Shown here in pieces: positions 60,604 through 64,000 of a DNA stretch of 64,000 bases. Numbering within the stretch: position 1 is the first letter of the stretch; each line of letters starts with the position of its first letter. Source of the DNA: Raillietiella orientalis (lineage: Eukaryota); NCBI GenBank assembly GCA_036172245.1, contig JAYWIR010000008.1:1054001-1118000 (forward strand). The letters are read 5' to 3'. The notes below the pieces were generated by a model that worked only from the letters and a program-made list of their open reading frames with translations, was not told the origin of the DNA and did no database searches. A program made the position numbers and the translations under genes.

Positions 60604-63600
60604 AGGAGAAAAAACAACAACAACCAAGAAGAAAGCGCATATAAGCAGTCGGGCGCAGCAACTGCTCCATTGGAGAACCGAAATCGACATTCCGTGTGAC
60701 GAAATTGACAAAGTGTGACGGATAAAAAATGTCTGGTTGGCAGGCGAGCAGAAAATCTGCGAGGCGTCACAGGAAGCTGGCAACCAGTGGAACTCTACAG
60801 AGGACAGTCTGTGGATGGCGTTGCCGAGGCATTGGTGAACTCTTCGCCTTTCCCACGCAATGGCAGGCCATGGAGGTGGGTCGGGGCCCACGATCCCCCT
60901 CGTCAGTCCCCTCATTCAGATGACGCCCATTCTACTGGTCTTCCCGGTTTCAAGACGAACGAAGGTCGGGCACACTCTCTCCCAGGAGCGCCTTGATGTT
61001 CGCGCATCTTCCTCGCGCACGGGGAACTGCCACCGCCTCCGGCAGGAAAGTCTCCGAAAGCTTTTCCCCCATCTGAAACCGACGGCAAGCGGTGCTTTCC
61101 TGTGGGAACGGTGGGTGCATATTCCGGAGTCTTCATGACTGTCCCCGGGCGTGCTGCCCGCCACTAAACCCTTCCAAGAGGGCACTGCACGGATATTCGA
61201 CTTTAGTTCAGTCCCCAACGATCTCCGTCGCACCGGCCGCGAAGGATGCATCTCCAGGAGACCGACGACAACAGTCGGCGCAGGAGGAATCTAGACTCGC
61301 GTTCTGCGCGCTCTGCCGGACCCACGGGAGGAAGAGATGGAGGGGGGAAGGAGATGTCTTTCTCGCTCCCCTCCTTTCCCACGTTTTTCTTCCGAGAGAG
61401 GGTTCCGTCCGTCGTCCCAGCCGAGGGAATTTCACGTTCCAGGGAGACTGCGGGAGCCGGCCGCTAGACGACCCGACAGATGGACTTCTGGGGTATGCAT
61501 CCCCACGCTGGAAGGAGCTGCTGCTCCGAAGCGGTTTCTTCCTCCCAGTTGGAGCTTTTTGGGAGGATCCCGAACGGTTGGAGGTGCGCTCCTCTGGAGT
61601 CGATTCCAGGAGGATCGAGCGCTTCCTGCCCTCCTCCTCTAACCCTGCTTCTCCGTGTCAGCCGAGTCAGGGTGCTAGCGCGGAAGATGGACGATGGCGC
61701 CACGATTCCCGGTTTTCGTCCCGCTGACGATGCCGGGCAATGGGACGGATGCCAACGCCCTTTGGCGTGCCGAGTCCTCCGGAGCGCCCCTGCCTCCCTT
61801 CAGAGACTCCCAGGACGAACTTGCCGGGAGCGCCAAGCCAGGACTTCCGGCTCCCACATTGCGCGCTACAGGAGAGGGAAGAGCCCTGAATCCCGGGCCC
61901 AGACCCTCCCTCGCACTGATCGACTCGCGCGTCGGCCTCCGAGCCCGCCCCTCAGCTCGGGCTAACCGCGGGGTTGCCTGCCTGACGAGCGCGCTGCCGG
62001 CTTGCGCCCCAGCGCGGCCAGTAAGAAGCTTTCGGTCCTGTTTCCCACTGCCCCAGGGAGGAACGAGACCAGAGCTGCCGGGACTGTGAGCTCCTCGAGC
62101 CCGCGGGTCCCTTCCCGGGTCAGTCCCACGGAGAAGGGACCTCTCTGCGTCGTAAAGGAGCTTCCCGTGCTGTCCTTCCATGAGGAAGACCCTGTGACCT
62201 CTACCGGTTCTCCCTGGAACGCCCGCAGGAGAAACTTCCATTTTGACCTCCCTGGCTGGTCGTGATCCGTGAATTGATCCTAGGCAGCTGCACGAAAGGG
62301 TGGGGCCGCGATGACACTCCGAGTGGCGCTCTGATGTCCCTCCCCTTCCTTCGGCGGCTCCCTCCAACGCCTACGGGCGGCAGCTGACCTCGCTTTGCTG
62401 CTGCAGCGCGTGCCCTATCCCCGTGCACCTTGATGACGTGCGCGGGCGAGAAGCCGCCGCCCTTCGTAGCCCCGTCCTTCCCTCCCCAACGTGCCCTCCA
62501 CCAGTCGATCGGTTGACCTCATCGCGTTTTCTCTCCAGCTGCCCTTCGGCCCCTCCCTCTGCCGTGATGCAGACGCCTCTTCGAAGTTTGCTCTTTTGCT
62601 GCCCGCGGGGGGCGCCTCTATTTCGACTCCCCTCTCGTCGTCGTCGTCCTCCTCTTCGCGGAGAGTCCCTCAGACGGTATACTTTTAAATGACCGCGAAC
62701 GACTTCGCTGTGTGTTCTGGACGCCTTCCAGAGAGAGGGAGAGCGATTGCCCCCTCCTCCCGCCACTACCCTCCGGTCCCTTCCGTCTGCTCCCCGGGAG
62801 GAAGGACTGCTCCAGAAATCCTTCCTCCGCGTGGCTGCGCGACGCCCTGAGCCCTTTTGGGGAAGAGGGGGGAGGAGCCCGGCAGCCCAGCGTTGGGACT
62901 CTCGACACGGGTCGGAACCCAGAAAAAGGACGAGCTGGGAGAGCCTCTCCTGCTGTTGCGCGAGACCCTGGGTGCGGGAAGGACTGGCAACCCTGCTGCC
63001 ACGCAGCCGCAGGGCGACCCCGCTGCGAGGCGTCCTCCCGGCTCGGTCTCGATCGGCCGAGTGCCAGCGCCGCCCATTCACCTCCAAGGAGTGGGAGAGG
63101 AGAAAATGGGGAGTCCTCCCTGCCCCTTTTCCTCCTCCCTCCCATCCCTCTTCTCTTGGAATGCTTACGCTCGCGCACCCATCCAGTCCCAACGCGGGGC
63201 TGGTGAAGGCGCCGGGCAGCTGCCTTCCTCGAGGAACGACCGTCGGTCTGCGCAACCGCGTGCGCCCGCCCGTCCTGCCGTCTGGTGGAGGCGGCTGCGG
63301 GACTCCAGTGCGAGTTTCCCGGAGCCGCAGGAGGGACACCGCGGAGGTCGCGGGTAAAGTAGGCGGACCGGACGCTCGGTCTTCCCTCGAACCTGCGACG
63401 GAAGCCCCACCGGCGAGGCTCCCCCCGCCGCCCGCCCGCCCGAAGGCCGTGCGCGGCGATGAGACGCCCGCCGGCGGCGGAGGCCACCCGGAGCAGCCTG
63501 CCCGGAACGTCCCTGCTTTGGATGCTGTGCGTCTTGGCGGCGGGGAGCGCACGTAAGTGACCCGTCCTGCAGCCGGGTGGCCGCCAGCTCGCTCGCGACC

Positions 63601-64000
63601 CTTGTGAGGGAGGGATGCGGGAAGGGGAAGAGAGGACGCGCGCGGGGAGGGCGATTCGAGACCACCTCCATTGGGCTGCTCGCTGCTCAGCTCTTGTCTC
63701 CCCTCCCCCCCTTCTCTTCTCCAGGGTATGCGAGCCCGATCTGCGGGCAAGGAAAGACGCCCGCCCCTGTTTCCCTCCGGCTCCTGCCCAGCAGGAGCGC
63801 CCTTCCATGCGAAAGTTCTCAGGACGCCTCGGCAGGGAGGGAAGAGGAGACCTCTCCCCTTCTCTTCCCCTTCGCCTCCTTGCGCCGGCGCCCGCTGTTG
63901 GGGCGAAGGGCTCAGAGGGCCATCAACGAGCCCATCTTCGCGGGCAGCGGACGAAAGCCATCCTGAGCCGCCCAACCGGCGGGTCCTGTCTCGGAGTTTC

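Noticed and set aside
1..64000. CRISPR array, operon or defence system, rRNA, transposase or reverse transcriptase
   Set aside because: No regularly spaced repeat-spacer array or such coding motifs were seen; the spliced animal genes show this is eukaryotic nuclear DNA.

Overview
GC-rich, CpG-rich eukaryotic (animal, most likely protostome) genomic DNA, not prokaryotic. Most ORFs in the six-frame track are artefacts of high GC content. Two spliced plus-strand genes are well supported. (1) An FGD5/FGD6-like Rho-family GEF (DH-PH-FYVE-PH): the core is at 5716-7985 with 67-78 nt introns, and there are probable 5' exons from about 3662. (2) A three-exon doublesex/mab-3-related transcription factor of the Dmrt93B/dmd-4 type (DM plus DMA domains) at 27255-29349, flanked by long stretches with no recognisable genes. 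Fragments of possible orphan minus-strand genes lie near 1.6-2.8 kb and 52.9-53.7 kb. Non-coding structure includes a 147-bp near-perfect inverted repeat pair 1.2 kb apart, a 106-nt fold-back hairpin with extra partial copies, a degenerate 116-bp tandem repeat just downstream of the Dmrt gene, and at least 16 long poly-G/poly-C tracts. I found no rRNA, tRNA, CRISPR array, transposase or clearly novel multi-gene system. The best leads are candidate alternative splice acceptors in the Dmrt gene and the inverted-repeat structures.
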